Shown here: piece by piece, positions 30,375 to 38,558 of the stretch
Position numbering within the stretch: position 1 is the stretch's first letter
How the letters are laid out: each line of letters opens with the position of its first letter
Virus record (IMG/VR): IMGVR_UViG_3300028920_000031
Origin: an uncultured virus (IMG/VR IMGVR_UViG_3300028920_000031)
Taxonomy: Duplodnaviria; Heunggongvirae; Uroviricota; Caudoviricetes
Direction: 5' to 3' (one strand)
DNA: 64,000 nt
The notes under the pieces: generated by a model
Told to the model about the DNA's origin: nothing
Database searches by the model: none
What the model saw: only the letters and a program-made list of their open reading frames with translations
Program-made: the position numbers and the translations under genes

Positions 30375-30686
30375 GCTGACATTTTCCCTGTTTCTCACCA
30401 AGCTGTCGAAGTGTCTTTCCAGTTTATCGACGCTGTCGCCGGCCTTGGCAATCCACCTGATATCACCCAAGCTGGCCATTGTAAGGGCTTGGCGGATAGC
30501 CTGAATGTCGTATCTGATGTCGGTGGCGGAAACGTCCTCTTCAAGCGCGATGGGATCCGAAGCTGTTTCAGTTCCGCCGACTTCCGGGCTTTCGAGATCT
30601 TGTTCCATGACCGGGACCTTGTAGCCCGTCTCCGCAGCAGCTTTTTCGATGTTTCTGGCGAGTTCGATCTGAATGTCGTCTTTCAT
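30366..30686 (-). CDS. Hypothetical protein
   Basis: Likely start MKDDIQ just after the upstream stop. Confidence 0.55.
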   Translation of the reverse strand: MKDDIQIELARNIEKAAAETGYKVPVMEQDLESPEVGGTETASDPIALEEDVSATDIRYDIQAIRQALTMASLGDIRWIAKAGDSVDKLERHFDSLVRNRENVSLA

Positions 30687-30693
30687 TTTGGCC

Positions 30694-31287
30694 CTACTGT
30701 TTTGGCGGCGAAATGATTTCTGTCGAGCTTCTGCCGACCATGACATGCTGTATCAGCAGATTCAAACCTTGTTGGAATGTCGCTTGTTGCGTTTGAAAAT
30801 TCTGCAAAATGCTCAAAAATTCCTTCTGATTTTGCAGGACTGTGTGCTGCATGTCCGCAGTGGACTTGAAAGCGACAAGAATGTCGGCTTGAGCCGACAC
30901 GATGCGTTCGCATGTATGGCTGATCTGCTGCAGCACGTTTGGCAGGTTGTGGGGAATATACCATTTCGGCCGCCCGTCCGCGTCATAGCTGTCGTGCATG
31001 GACCAGAGCTTGTTGACGCTATCGCCTGTCTTCTTGACGTCTTTCTTGACTTCCGTGAGTTCGTTGACGAGGGGGATCATGATTTCTTTGAAGGCCGATA
31101 CAATCTTTTCGGCGTCGTCGTCCCGCCTTTTTTGCCTGCCTTTTTCAAGAAAGTAGTCGATCGTCTTCAGAACGATGACGGCCGCAGTAATCACGATGCC
31201 GAAAAAAAATCCCGCCATCGGAGTTATCCAGCTCGGCTGTGTTTCGCCAATAACCTGAGCTAGCGGAACAATCGCGAAAATGTTCAT
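30694..31287 (-). CDS. Single-pass membrane protein with coiled-coil (possible holin/lysis-related)
   Basis: Hydrophobic segment MAGFFFGIVITAAVIVL followed by a charged region; function is inference only. Confidence 0.55.
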   Translation of the reverse strand: MNIFAIVPLAQVIGETQPSWITPMAGFFFGIVITAAVIVLKTIDYFLEKGRQKRRDDDAEKIVSAFKEIMIPLVNELTEVKKDVKKTGDSVNKLWSMHDSYDADGRPKWYIPHNLPNVLQQISHTCERIVSAQADILVAFKSTADMQHTVLQNQKEFLSILQNFQTQQATFQQGLNLLIQHVMVGRSSTEIISPPKQ

Positions 31288-31347
31288 GGTTGCTTTCCCC
31301 TGTAGGTCCTTTAAGCTATTGTTCGAAAAAGTTGACTCTTTTTCCTA

Positions 31348-31656
31348 TCAAGGTTCCATCACTCGAACGAACCGCTCCAAATGGTCGCTTCTGGCCGGCA
31401 GTTCCGGAGAATGCGGACGGCCGTCTTTCTGATAAGCTCCCAAAAAAGCGGTCTCAGCATCTTTGAGCGCGGCAAGAAACGCCTCTTTGTCTGACGCCAT
31501 TTCTGACAGGGAACGTAGTTCCGCCAGTTTTTCTTCGAGCTGTCCCGATTGAAAAAACCCGTTGTCGACGTCAAGCGGCGCAAAGGGAAGCCGCCTGTAG
31601 AACATCATCTTGCTGGCCCGCTTGAACCAGCCGCCCTGAAATTTGTCGAGATCCAT
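31348..31656 (-). CDS. Hypothetical protein
   Basis: AGGAG RBS; upstream GCAGGA-N18-GTATAAT motif. Confidence 0.6.
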   Translation of the reverse strand: MDLDKFQGGWFKRASKMMFYRRLPFAPLDVDNGFFQSGQLEEKLAELRSLSEMASDKEAFLAALKDAETAFLGAYQKDGRPHSPELPARSDHLERFVRVMEP

Positions 31657-31676
31657 AGATGTATTCTCCTATCAGC

Positions 31677-31707
31677 ATTATACCGCAAATTCCAGGCTTC
31701 TTCCTGC
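31677..31707 (-). promoter_or_regulatory. GCAGGA-N18-GTATAAT putative phage late promoter
   Basis: Same motif and spacing at 44600, 45123, 45974 (+) and 31348 (-). Confidence 0.55.
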
Positions 31708-31714
31708 TAGGCTC

Positions 31715-31742
31715 TTGAGTCGTCGAACTTCAGTAGTATATT
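31715..31742 (+). promoter_or_regulatory. sigma70-like promoter TTGAGT-N16-TATATT
   Basis: Upstream of the P-loop kinase gene; recurring architecture. Confidence 0.6.
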
Positions 31743-31768
31743 GCCCTAGTCATGGAGAACACGACACA

Positions 31769-32371
31769 ATGGAAATCAGACGCATAAATTTCTACGGCGG
31801 TCCAAACATCGGAAAGACCACGCTCGTTTCAGATCTTTTCGTCTGTCTGAACAAGGCCGGGCTGCCTTGCGGAAGAGCCGAAGAACACATCAAATCGTGG
31901 GCTTATGAGGGCCGTTCGCCGACAGGATTCGACCAAGTGCATCTGTTCGGGCGCCAGATCAGGAATGAGGACGTAATTCTGCGAAACAGCGAGGAGACGG
32001 TGTTGTGCGAAGCGCCGCTCCTGCTCTGCACGTACTACAGCAGAAGAATGGGCATGCCCGGATGGCAGCATTTGCGCGACTTGGCGCTCGAATTCGAATC
32101 GTTCTATCCCGCCCTGCATGTTATGCTGAACAGAGAGGAATGGGAGTACAAGGTGGCGGGACGCTACGAAAGCAGGGAACAGGCGCTTCAGATAGACAGC
32201 GAAATCGAGATCTTCCTCCACGAATGCAACTGGGTTTTTCTCGAAGACATAGAAAAATCGAACGGCATTCCGCTTGCCTTCGTCAAAGCGTCGCCCTCCG
32301 ATCCTGAAACTGTTGCCAGACACGTCATGGAAGCGGTCGAGTCCGGTCGAAAAAGTTCCATTTCCGGATAA
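31769..32371 (+). CDS. P-loop NTPase/kinase (AAA_28/NadR-like)
   Basis: RINFYGGPNIGKTT; GRYESREQALQID. Confidence 0.75.
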   Translation: MEIRRINFYGGPNIGKTTLVSDLFVCLNKAGLPCGRAEEHIKSWAYEGRSPTGFDQVHLFGRQIRNEDVILRNSEETVLCEAPLLLCTYYSRRMGMPGWQHLRDLALEFESFYPALHVMLNREEWEYKVAGRYESREQALQIDSEIEIFLHECNWVFLEDIEKSNGIPLAFVKASPSDPETVARHVMEAVESGRKSSISG

Positions 32372-32751
32372 ATTATCGGAAAGTTCACATCTTGGCTTGG
32401 CAAAATACAGGCTCCTTTTCGCGCGCAGGAACGGAAAACCGCTCTGGAACGTTATGCGAATCCCACTTTAGGGCCTGTCAGAACCGCTTTTCCACAGCAT
32501 CGGGGACCTAGGCAAACGCAAGCTCCATGCCAAAAGAAACAGGCGGCGAAACGGAGTCCCTAGATTTCTCCGGAAGTTTCCGAAAAGGGGCAAGGACCGA
32601 TGCGTTTCGGCGTCGAAGAAGAATGTGCTGGCGCGAAAACGCCGGCCAGTTGCCGGGAAAAATCCGGAACCGAATTGACTGCCGGCATAAGCCGGTTGAT
32701 TTTGCATGGGACATTTCGATTGGGCGCCAAGCGCTCGTACAAGGAGTAAAG

Positions 32752-35382
32752 ATGGCCGAAGAAACGACGATATCCCCTGTCGAGCTTATCGACAAATATG
32801 TCGACCAGACCGACTGGAGAGTGCAGGAAAATTCCAATATTGGCTATTCCTACGCCAGCCTTCTCAGTCACGTAAGCGGCCATGTGGTCGCGGCCTACGT
32901 GCTGGACAAATATTATCCGAGCCATATTGCCAAGGCTCACCGCGAAGGCGATTTCCACCTTCACGATCTTTCTTCGGGAATTGTTGGCTACTGTGCAGGA
33001 TGGAGCCTCCAGAAACTGCTTCAGATGGGGTTCGTCGGCAATCAGGGCCGCGCTAGCGCGGCTCCCGCCAAGCATTTAGATGCAGCCTTGGGACAGACAG
33101 TCAATTTTCTCTGTACATTGCAGACCGAATGGGCAGGAGCCCAGGCATTTAGCTCGTTCGACACGCTGATGGCGCCGTTTGTCCGCAGGGACAAGCTGAG
33201 TTACAAGCGCGTAGAGCAGGCAATTCAGCAGTTCGTCTACATGCTCAATATTGCAAGCAGGTGGGGACAGACGCCCTTTACGAACCTGACGCTGGATTGG
33301 ACCGTCCCCGAAGACCTCCAAGATCAGCCCGTCGTAATCGGCGGCGAATTTCAAGAAGGCGATTGCTACGGCGACTACCAGAAAGAGATGGACATCGTCA
33401 ATAAAGCCTTCTTGAACGTCATGGACGGAGGCGACAGGGACGGCCGCATATTCACTTTTCCGATACCGACATACAATATCACGAAGGATTTTAACTGGAG
33501 CGGCGAAAACGCGCGGCTGCTTTTCAAGGTGACCGGCAAGTATGGCCTCCCGTATTTCCAGAATTTCGTCAACAGCCACCTGAATCCTGGCGACGTGCGG
33601 AGTATGTGTCCCCTGACTCCCGACACGGAAGTCATGGTCAGAAGCTCGCGCGGCATCAAGAAGCGGCCTATAGGAGAAGTATACAGCAGGATGATTCAGC
33701 GCGACGTGAAATATGAAGCATGGACCCCTTCTGGATGGATGCCGGCTCACCCGGTCAGGACGCCGGCGACAAAAGTCTATCGAATTGTCCTTTCCAACGG
33801 CACGGAGCTGAAAATGGGCGAAGATCATCTTCAGCCCACGAGAGATAGCGGCACCCTTTCTGCAAAAGATCTGCAAGTCGGAATGTGGCTTCCTGCCAAT
33901 GCAACTCCTGTCGAGGGGGCGGACCTGTCCGACAAGGAGTACGGCTTTGCGGTCGGTGCCTTCATCGGCGACGGATCTCACGACTCCCATTCGGTAGTCT
34001 ATTCGCTGAATGCCGAAACGGACTCGGATGCGGCAGAAAGACTGCGTCGATTCTGGTCTGGACAGATGGGCTTCAAAATTTCTGAATGGACGCGCGAAAA
34101 GTTGCTCATGTTGCGGGTCAATGGCTCGCCCAATCAGCTGATCAGACGTTTTGTAGCTGGCACTGATGCTCTTAACAAGAAGCTTAAACAGTCGATATAT
34201 GACATGTCGATCTCGTTCAAGGAAGGAGTAGTTGCAGGCCTGCGGGCGACTGATGGAGCCAAAGAAAAGCGGCGCTACTACACCGCGTCCGGAAATTTGC
34301 TCGACGATCTTGTGACCTTCTTGGCCTGCTTGGGGAGAAAGGCTATGAAAACCAGTTCCGACGAAAGAGAGGATCGGTTCGGCGAAAATTCCGTATATTG
34401 TCTCGACATGCCCTTGCGCGCCCGTTATGGCAATTATTTTGACGAGAAGAATGGATTTCACTATTATCGAATTGAGACAATAGAGGAGATTCCCTATACG
34501 GGAGAATGGCTGTATTGTCTTGAGGTCGACGAGGAAAGCCATCTTTTCATGCTTGCCAACGGCGTTGTGACCCATAATTGCCGGCTGCAGATGGACCTCA
34601 CACAGCTGGAAAGCAAGACCGGCGGTCTTTTCGGCTCCGGGGAGCAGACCGGCTCGATCGGCGTCGTCACGATGAACATGCCCCGGATCGGCTATCTGGC
34701 CGAAGACGAGTCCGACTTTCTCGGGCGCTTGGACACGTTGTTGTTCATGGCCAGGGACTCCCTTGAAATCAAACGGGAAAAGGTGCAGGAAAATCTCGAC
34801 AGGGGCTTGATGCCATATACGAAGATCTATCTGCAGACTCTCGACAACCACTTCTGCACGATCGGCTTGGTCGGAATGCACGAAGCTTGCCGGAATTTCA
34901 TGGGCGGAGGCATTGAATCCGGCGAAGGCCATGAATTCACGCTTCGCGTGCTCGACCACATGAGGGACAGGATGGTTGAATTTCAAAAGGAGACGGGACA
35001 TCTCTACAACCTCGAGGCCACCCCCGCCGAAGGCACGAGCTACCGTCTGGCACGAATCGACCGCAAGCATTTTCCCGATATCATTACGTCGGGATCCGAA
35101 GTTCCGTATTACACGAACTCGACTCAGTTGCCGGTCGGATTCACCACCGACATTTTCGAGGCGTTCGACTTGCAGGACGAGTTGCAAGCAAAATACACCG
35201 GAGGTACCGTCCTCCACGGATTCGTCGGCGAGAGGATCGAAGATCCGGAACAGGTCGCCAGGCTGGTGAAAACTCTGGCGACAAGATACAAGCTTCCATA
35301 CTTCACGATCACTCCCACTTTCAGCATCTGTCCCGAGCATGGATATATCTCGGGCGAACACGAAACCTGTCCCTATTGCTAG
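32752..35382 (+). CDS. nrdD: Anaerobic (class III) ribonucleotide reductase large fragment with intein; lacks the glycyl-radical tail
   Basis: AAGGAG RBS; HLHDL, YCAGWS, EWAGAQA, FTFPIPTYN, RSMC/CRL, NLEATPAEG, YTGGTVLH; ends CPEHG...CPYC. Confidence 0.93.
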   Translation: MAEETTISPVELIDKYVDQTDWRVQENSNIGYSYASLLSHVSGHVVAAYVLDKYYPSHIAKAHREGDFHLHDLSSGIVGYCAGWSLQKLLQMGFVGNQGRASAAPAKHLDAALGQTVNFLCTLQTEWAGAQAFSSFDTLMAPFVRRDKLSYKRVEQAIQQFVYMLNIASRWGQTPFTNLTLDWTVPEDLQDQPVVIGGEFQEGDCYGDYQKEMDIVNKAFLNVMDGGDRDGRIFTFPIPTYNITKDFNWSGENARLLFKVTGKYGLPYFQNFVNSHLNPGDVRSMCPLTPDTEVMVRSSRGIKKRPIGEVYSRMIQRDVKYEAWTPSGWMPAHPVRTPATKVYRIVLSNGTELKMGEDHLQPTRDSGTLSAKDLQVGMWLPANATPVEGADLSDKEYGFAVGAFIGDGSHDSHSVVYSLNAETDSDAAERLRRFWSGQMGFKISEWTREKLLMLRVNGSPNQLIRRFVAGTDALNKKLKQSIYDMSISFKEGVVAGLRATDGAKEKRRYYTASGNLLDDLVTFLACLGRKAMKTSSDEREDRFGENSVYCLDMPLRARYGNYFDEKNGFHYYRIETIEEIPYTGEWLYCLEVDEESHLFMLANGVVTHNCRLQMDLTQLESKTGGLFGSGEQTGSIGVVTMNMPRIGYLAEDESDFLGRLDTLLFMARDSLEIKREKVQENLDRGLMPYTKIYLQTLDNHFCTIGLVGMHEACRNFMGGGIESGEGHEFTLRVLDHMRDRMVEFQKETGHLYNLEATPAEGTSYRLARIDRKHFPDIITSGSEVPYYTNSTQLPVGFTTDIFEAFDLQDELQAKYTGGTVLHGFVGERIEDPEQVARLVKTLATRYKLPYFTITPTFSICPEHGYISGEHETCPYC
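33610..34578 (+). mobile_element. Intein (~323 aa) with LAGLIDADG homing endonuclease
   Basis: PLTPDTEV...LYCLEV...NGVVTHN/C; AVGAFIGDG and VAGLRATDG motifs. Confidence 0.9.
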
Positions 35383-35407
35383 GGGCTTTCCATAGGAGCA
35401 TGTGCAA

Positions 35408-35590
35408 ATGGCGTGCGGAAAAAAGACCGAAGTCTTCAGCCGGGTGGTCGGCTATCATCGCCCCGTGAAAAACTGGAACAAGGGCAAAAAGGAAGAGTTC
35501 AAGGACAGAACGCCGTATAACGGCACAGCTCGAGTTCCTGAGGCCAAAGCCGACATCAGACAGGAGAGTGTCTGCGAACGCAGCCAGTAG
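35408..35590 (+). CDS. nrdD: Stand-alone NrdD glycyl-radical domain
   Basis: TEVFSRVVGYHRPVKNWNKGKKEEF; own AGGAG RBS; different frame from upstream nrdD. Confidence 0.88.
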   Translation: MACGKKTEVFSRVVGYHRPVKNWNKGKKEEFKDRTPYNGTARVPEAKADIRQESVCERSQ

Positions 35591-35607
35591 ACACCGTAAA
35601 TCCCACC

Positions 35608-35640
35608 GCCCCGGCGGGAAACCGCCGGGGCTTTTCTCTT
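35608..35640 (+). terminator. Intrinsic terminator between small nrdD and nrdG
   Basis: GCCCCGGCGG-GAAA-CCGCCGGGGC followed by TTTTCTCTT. Confidence 0.8.
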
Positions 35641-35651
35641 GGGGGGCAAAA

Positions 35652-36344
35652 ATGGACATCAGAGGCTTCATAGAGTTTACCGTCATAGATTTTCCCGGGG
35701 TTCTGGCATGCGAAGTATTCACCGGAGGGTGCAACATGAGATGCCCCTTCTGCCACAACGGACATCTCGTAATGGCTCCGGAAAATCAGCCGGCGAAGCC
35801 GGAAGACGAGGTCTTCGAATTTCTGGAAAGTCGCCGCGGGCTGCTTGAAGGCATTGTTGTCAGCGGCGGCGAACCCACGCTTCAGCCCGACCTGCTCGAC
35901 TTTCTCGCAAAAGCAAAAGACATTGGATTCGCCACAAAGGTTGACACCAACGGCTCCAAGCCCGATGTCGTGGAACAGATTCTTAGTGCGGAACTCGCGG
36001 ATATGTTTGCCATTGACTGGAAGGCTACGCTCTGCAAATATCATATGGCAACGGGCGTGAAAAGAGCCCTGGGAATGTACGTGGTCAAGTCGATAGAATT
36101 GGTAATTGAGGCGGGAATTCGACTGGAAGTGAGAACTACCGCGCACAGGCGTACGCATTCGCGCGAAGATTTTGCCTCGATGAGGGATGAGCTGGACAGG
36201 ATGGGAGTCGGACCTTGGATTATTCAGCCGATGTCAGGAGCTCCCGTCATCGACCCGTTCGAATCCACACGGGGCCCGTACACCGTAGAAGAGCTACAGG
36301 CAATTGCCGAGCCGCTCCACGACACAAGGGTGCGCAACGCATAG
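35652..36344 (+). CDS. nrdG: Anaerobic RNR activating radical-SAM enzyme
   Basis: IDFPG...FTGGCNMRCPFCHN, SGGEPT, KVDTNG. Confidence 0.92.
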   Translation: MDIRGFIEFTVIDFPGVLACEVFTGGCNMRCPFCHNGHLVMAPENQPAKPEDEVFEFLESRRGLLEGIVVSGGEPTLQPDLLDFLAKAKDIGFATKVDTNGSKPDVVEQILSAELADMFAIDWKATLCKYHMATGVKRALGMYVVKSIELVIEAGIRLEVRTTAHRRTHSREDFASMRDELDRMGVGPWIIQPMSGAPVIDPFESTRGPYTVEELQAIAEPLHDTRVRNA

Positions 36345-36363
36345 TTAAATTTTCCGATTCGGC

Positions 36364-36391
36364 TTGACTAGTTCGAATTCGGCGCTATATT
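36364..36391 (+). promoter_or_regulatory. sigma70-like promoter TTGACT-N16-TATATT
   Basis: Near-consensus hexamers ahead of a ~245-nt leader. Confidence 0.65.
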
Positions 36392-36494
36392 GTCAATGTT
36401 GATAGAGCAAAACGCTCGAGTCAGAATTGGCAAAATTTAAGTCGAAAGGCCAAGACATGCGGTAAGCAAACAGATTTAGCGGATTCACGTAAGT

Positions 36495-36553
36495 AAAACC
36501 CCCAACAAGCCCCGCCTGTAGTATGCGGCGGGGTTGTAAATCTGGGGGTTTTT
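36495..36553 (+). terminator. Long hairpin ending in a U-tract within the leader (terminator/attenuator or ncRNA 3' end)
   Basis: AAAACCCCCA/TGGGGGTTTT outer stem and CCCCGCC/GGCGGGG inner stem. Confidence 0.6.
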
Positions 36554-36641
36554 GCGTTCCCAGGTCGCGGGCCCCTCCTTGACCGGCTGTTTCGACATCC
36601 ACTCACGGAAACAAAAACAGCCTATATAGGAGATTGCCAAA

Positions 36642-37178
36642 ATGGCTACCGAAACTACCGTGAACGAAGCACGCGTCAAGGCCCTGGCTGACCGCAAGGA
36701 AAAGATCGCGTCCCTCAAGGAGCGGATCAAGTCTCTCGGAGCCGCGCAGCGGCACAACAAGAACGCCCACGGCGAACGGCAGCGGAATTTTGCCGCGGCC
36801 TTCAAGGAGGGCGGCATTGTTGCGGCCTACGCAACTCGCGGGAACTACGTTGACGAAGACGGCCAGCCCTCGAATCGGGGATGGAACAAGGAGTCCAGCG
36901 AGCAGCTGCTCACCGTCCTCCACATCGTCTACAACAGGCTTCGCAACCGCCCTCCCCACACGAAGGACGACGAGGCGTATATCTGTGCGTGCGGCGGAGC
37001 CAGGGGAGACCTCCGGAACGTTCCGAAGATATACAGGGACGAGGCTCTCCGCTACGGCTTGATCGGATGTGCGAGCTGTCCGCGCTGGGCGGAGGTCAGA
37101 AATCCGAAATTCGAGTGCGACGCTGGCAACTGCCGCGAGAATGTTCCGCGGTTCGAATTCGAGGGAGGCGAGTTGTGA
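36642..37178 (+). CDS. Hypothetical protein (Cys-rich C-terminus)
   Basis: AGGAG RBS; 178 aa. Confidence 0.7.
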   Translation: MATETTVNEARVKALADRKEKIASLKERIKSLGAAQRHNKNAHGERQRNFAAAFKEGGIVAAYATRGNYVDEDGQPSNRGWNKESSEQLLTVLHIVYNRLRNRPPHTKDDEAYICACGGARGDLRNVPKIYRDEALRYGLIGCASCPRWAEVRNPKFECDAGNCRENVPRFEFEGGEL

Positions 37179-37546
37179 AACGCCTCGTATCCGATAAGAA
37201 CGAAGAAAGGCTCGTTCTCTACATAGTCGTCGACGGGCGTCTCAGCAAAAGCCAGCGCATTCCGCAAGCCGTTCACGCGGCGGTAGAGCTCCAGAAGCTT
37301 GCCGAATGGAAAGCGGGCAACCATCTCGAGACATACAGGCGATGGGCTGACAGCGACAAGACCGTTGTCTGTCTCGTGGCTCGGGCGGACGTTCTCGAGG
37401 ATCTTGCCGGCCGTGCGGCCGCTGCCGAGTTTTTCGACGAAGTCGGCTGTCACGGCCGCATCAGGACCGCCGTGGCGCTTCCCCCCGTTGCAAGAGGGCG
37501 GCTTGACGGCGTCCTGGACGTTCTCAGGGGGCTCAGGCTTGCCTGA
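37175..37546 (+). CDS. Peptidyl-tRNA hydrolase 2 (Pth2)-like protein
   Basis: GTGA overlap; LYIVVDGRL...QAVHAA...W...KTVVCL...FFDE...TAVAL. Confidence 0.7.
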   Translation: MKRLVSDKNEERLVLYIVVDGRLSKSQRIPQAVHAAVELQKLAEWKAGNHLETYRRWADSDKTVVCLVARADVLEDLAGRAAAAEFFDEVGCHGRIRTAVALPPVARGRLDGVLDVLRGLRLA

Positions 37547-37559
37547 GCCCTTTTTCTTT
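37529..37559 (+). terminator. Intrinsic terminator overlapping the stop codon
   Basis: GGGCTCAGGC-TT-GCCTGAGCCC followed by TTTTTCTTT. Confidence 0.8.
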
Positions 37560-37602
37560 GTTCGGGCTTGACATCCGGGAAACGAGTGTCATCTTAGGTC
37601 TC

Positions 37603-38214
37603 ATGGAAGAGAACGAAACCGACATCTTCGAGCTGGAGGCTAGGCTTCTCTATAGCGTGGTCGTCGCGGGGAAGAACGCGAAATTCGCCAACGCCGTGAC
37701 TAGGAGGTGGCTCGCCGGCAACATTCAGGACGGCGAGACTCCTTTTGACGCCATCAGGCGGCTTGTCTTGGAAGATAGCCTCGAGGAATCGTTCCGCGAG
37801 GCGAGAACGGGTAATTATGGCAAGGTTACAGCCGCCGCGAAGGGAATGGCGGATTCCGAGCTGGATCTGACGACGTGCGCCCCCCAGGATCTGGAGCAGA
37901 TCAAGGGGATCGGGCCGAAGACCTCCCGATTCTTTCTCATGTGGACGCGGCCCGGAGAGTGCTACGCGGCCTTGGACGTTCACATTCTCCGGTGGCTCCA
38001 AAAGCAGGGATACGACGCTCCCAAGAATACGCCGCAGTCCAAGACGCGCTATGCCGAGTTGGAAAAGGCCTTCATCGAGGAAGCCGAGAAACGCGGCAAA
38101 ACGCCCCGCGAACTCGATCTCGAGATCTGGATTGCCGGATCGAAAGACGCGAATCGCGTCGAAAGGGAGGCTGAAGAGGTCGTGGCACGGCCGCAGGACA
38201 AGCCGATGAGCTAG
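37603..38214 (+). CDS. HhH-GPD DNA glycosylase, 8-oxoguanine glycosylase (Ogg2-like)
   Basis: IKGIGPKTSRFFL, AALDVHILRWL, YAELE, ELDLEIW; TTGACA-N16-CATCTT at 37568-37595. Confidence 0.75.
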   Translation: MEENETDIFELEARLLYSVVVAGKNAKFANAVTRRWLAGNIQDGETPFDAIRRLVLEDSLEESFREARTGNYGKVTAAAKGMADSELDLTTCAPQDLEQIKGIGPKTSRFFLMWTRPGECYAALDVHILRWLQKQGYDAPKNTPQSKTRYAELEKAFIEEAEKRGKTPRELDLEIWIAGSKDANRVEREAEEVVARPQDKPMS

Positions 38215-38546
38215 AGGCCGGCCGCAATGAACTTCAGGCTTTGGAGGGCCTTCTCCACCCTGTCCTGACCTTCGAGGGGCTTGATAGACGTTCTGTAGCG
38301 GAAAAGGATTCCCTTTCCCTGCGAACACATGACGACCGCATCGGCATTTATCGGCTGCAACGGCAGGTCGAAGCGCACCGCCCCTTCGGACTCGAGACCG
38401 CTGAACTGCTCCACGCAGTGCGACACGTCGGTCGCGATCTCGCCGATAGCAAGCGGGGCTGCTTGAACAGCGGAACAGCCGTTCGGGCAAAATACGCTCC
38501 ACTCCAGCATGATTCTCTGTCCATCTGTTGAACGAAATTTAAGCAT
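38211..38546 (-). CDS. Hypothetical protein
   Basis: GGAG RBS; follows the vWA gene. Confidence 0.55.
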   Translation of the reverse strand: MLKFRSTDGQRIMLEWSVFCPNGCSAVQAAPLAIGEIATDVSHCVEQFSGLESEGAVRFDLPLQPINADAVVMCSQGKGILFRYRTSIKPLEGQDRVEKALQSLKFIAAGL

Positions 38547-38558
38547 GCCCAGTCTCCG

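Noticed and set aside
32527..32751. N-terminal extension of NrdD shown in the ORF track
   Set aside because: Not ATP-cone-like; the strong AAGGAG RBS supports a start at 32752.
33076..35361. Long antisense ORFs (also 9262-10614, 38991-40796, 42205-43524, 60310-62679)
   Set aside because: Shadows of well-supported genes in GC-rich coding DNA; no motifs.
35380..35410. TAG readthrough or alternative genetic code joining the nrdD parts
   Set aside because: The downstream domain is in a different frame and has its own RBS; all three stop codons end genes normally elsewhere.
36428..36470. c-di-GMP-I riboswitch (GGCAAA...GAAA...GAC)
   Set aside because: The P2 stem pairs poorly and the ACGCAAAG and P3 features are missing.
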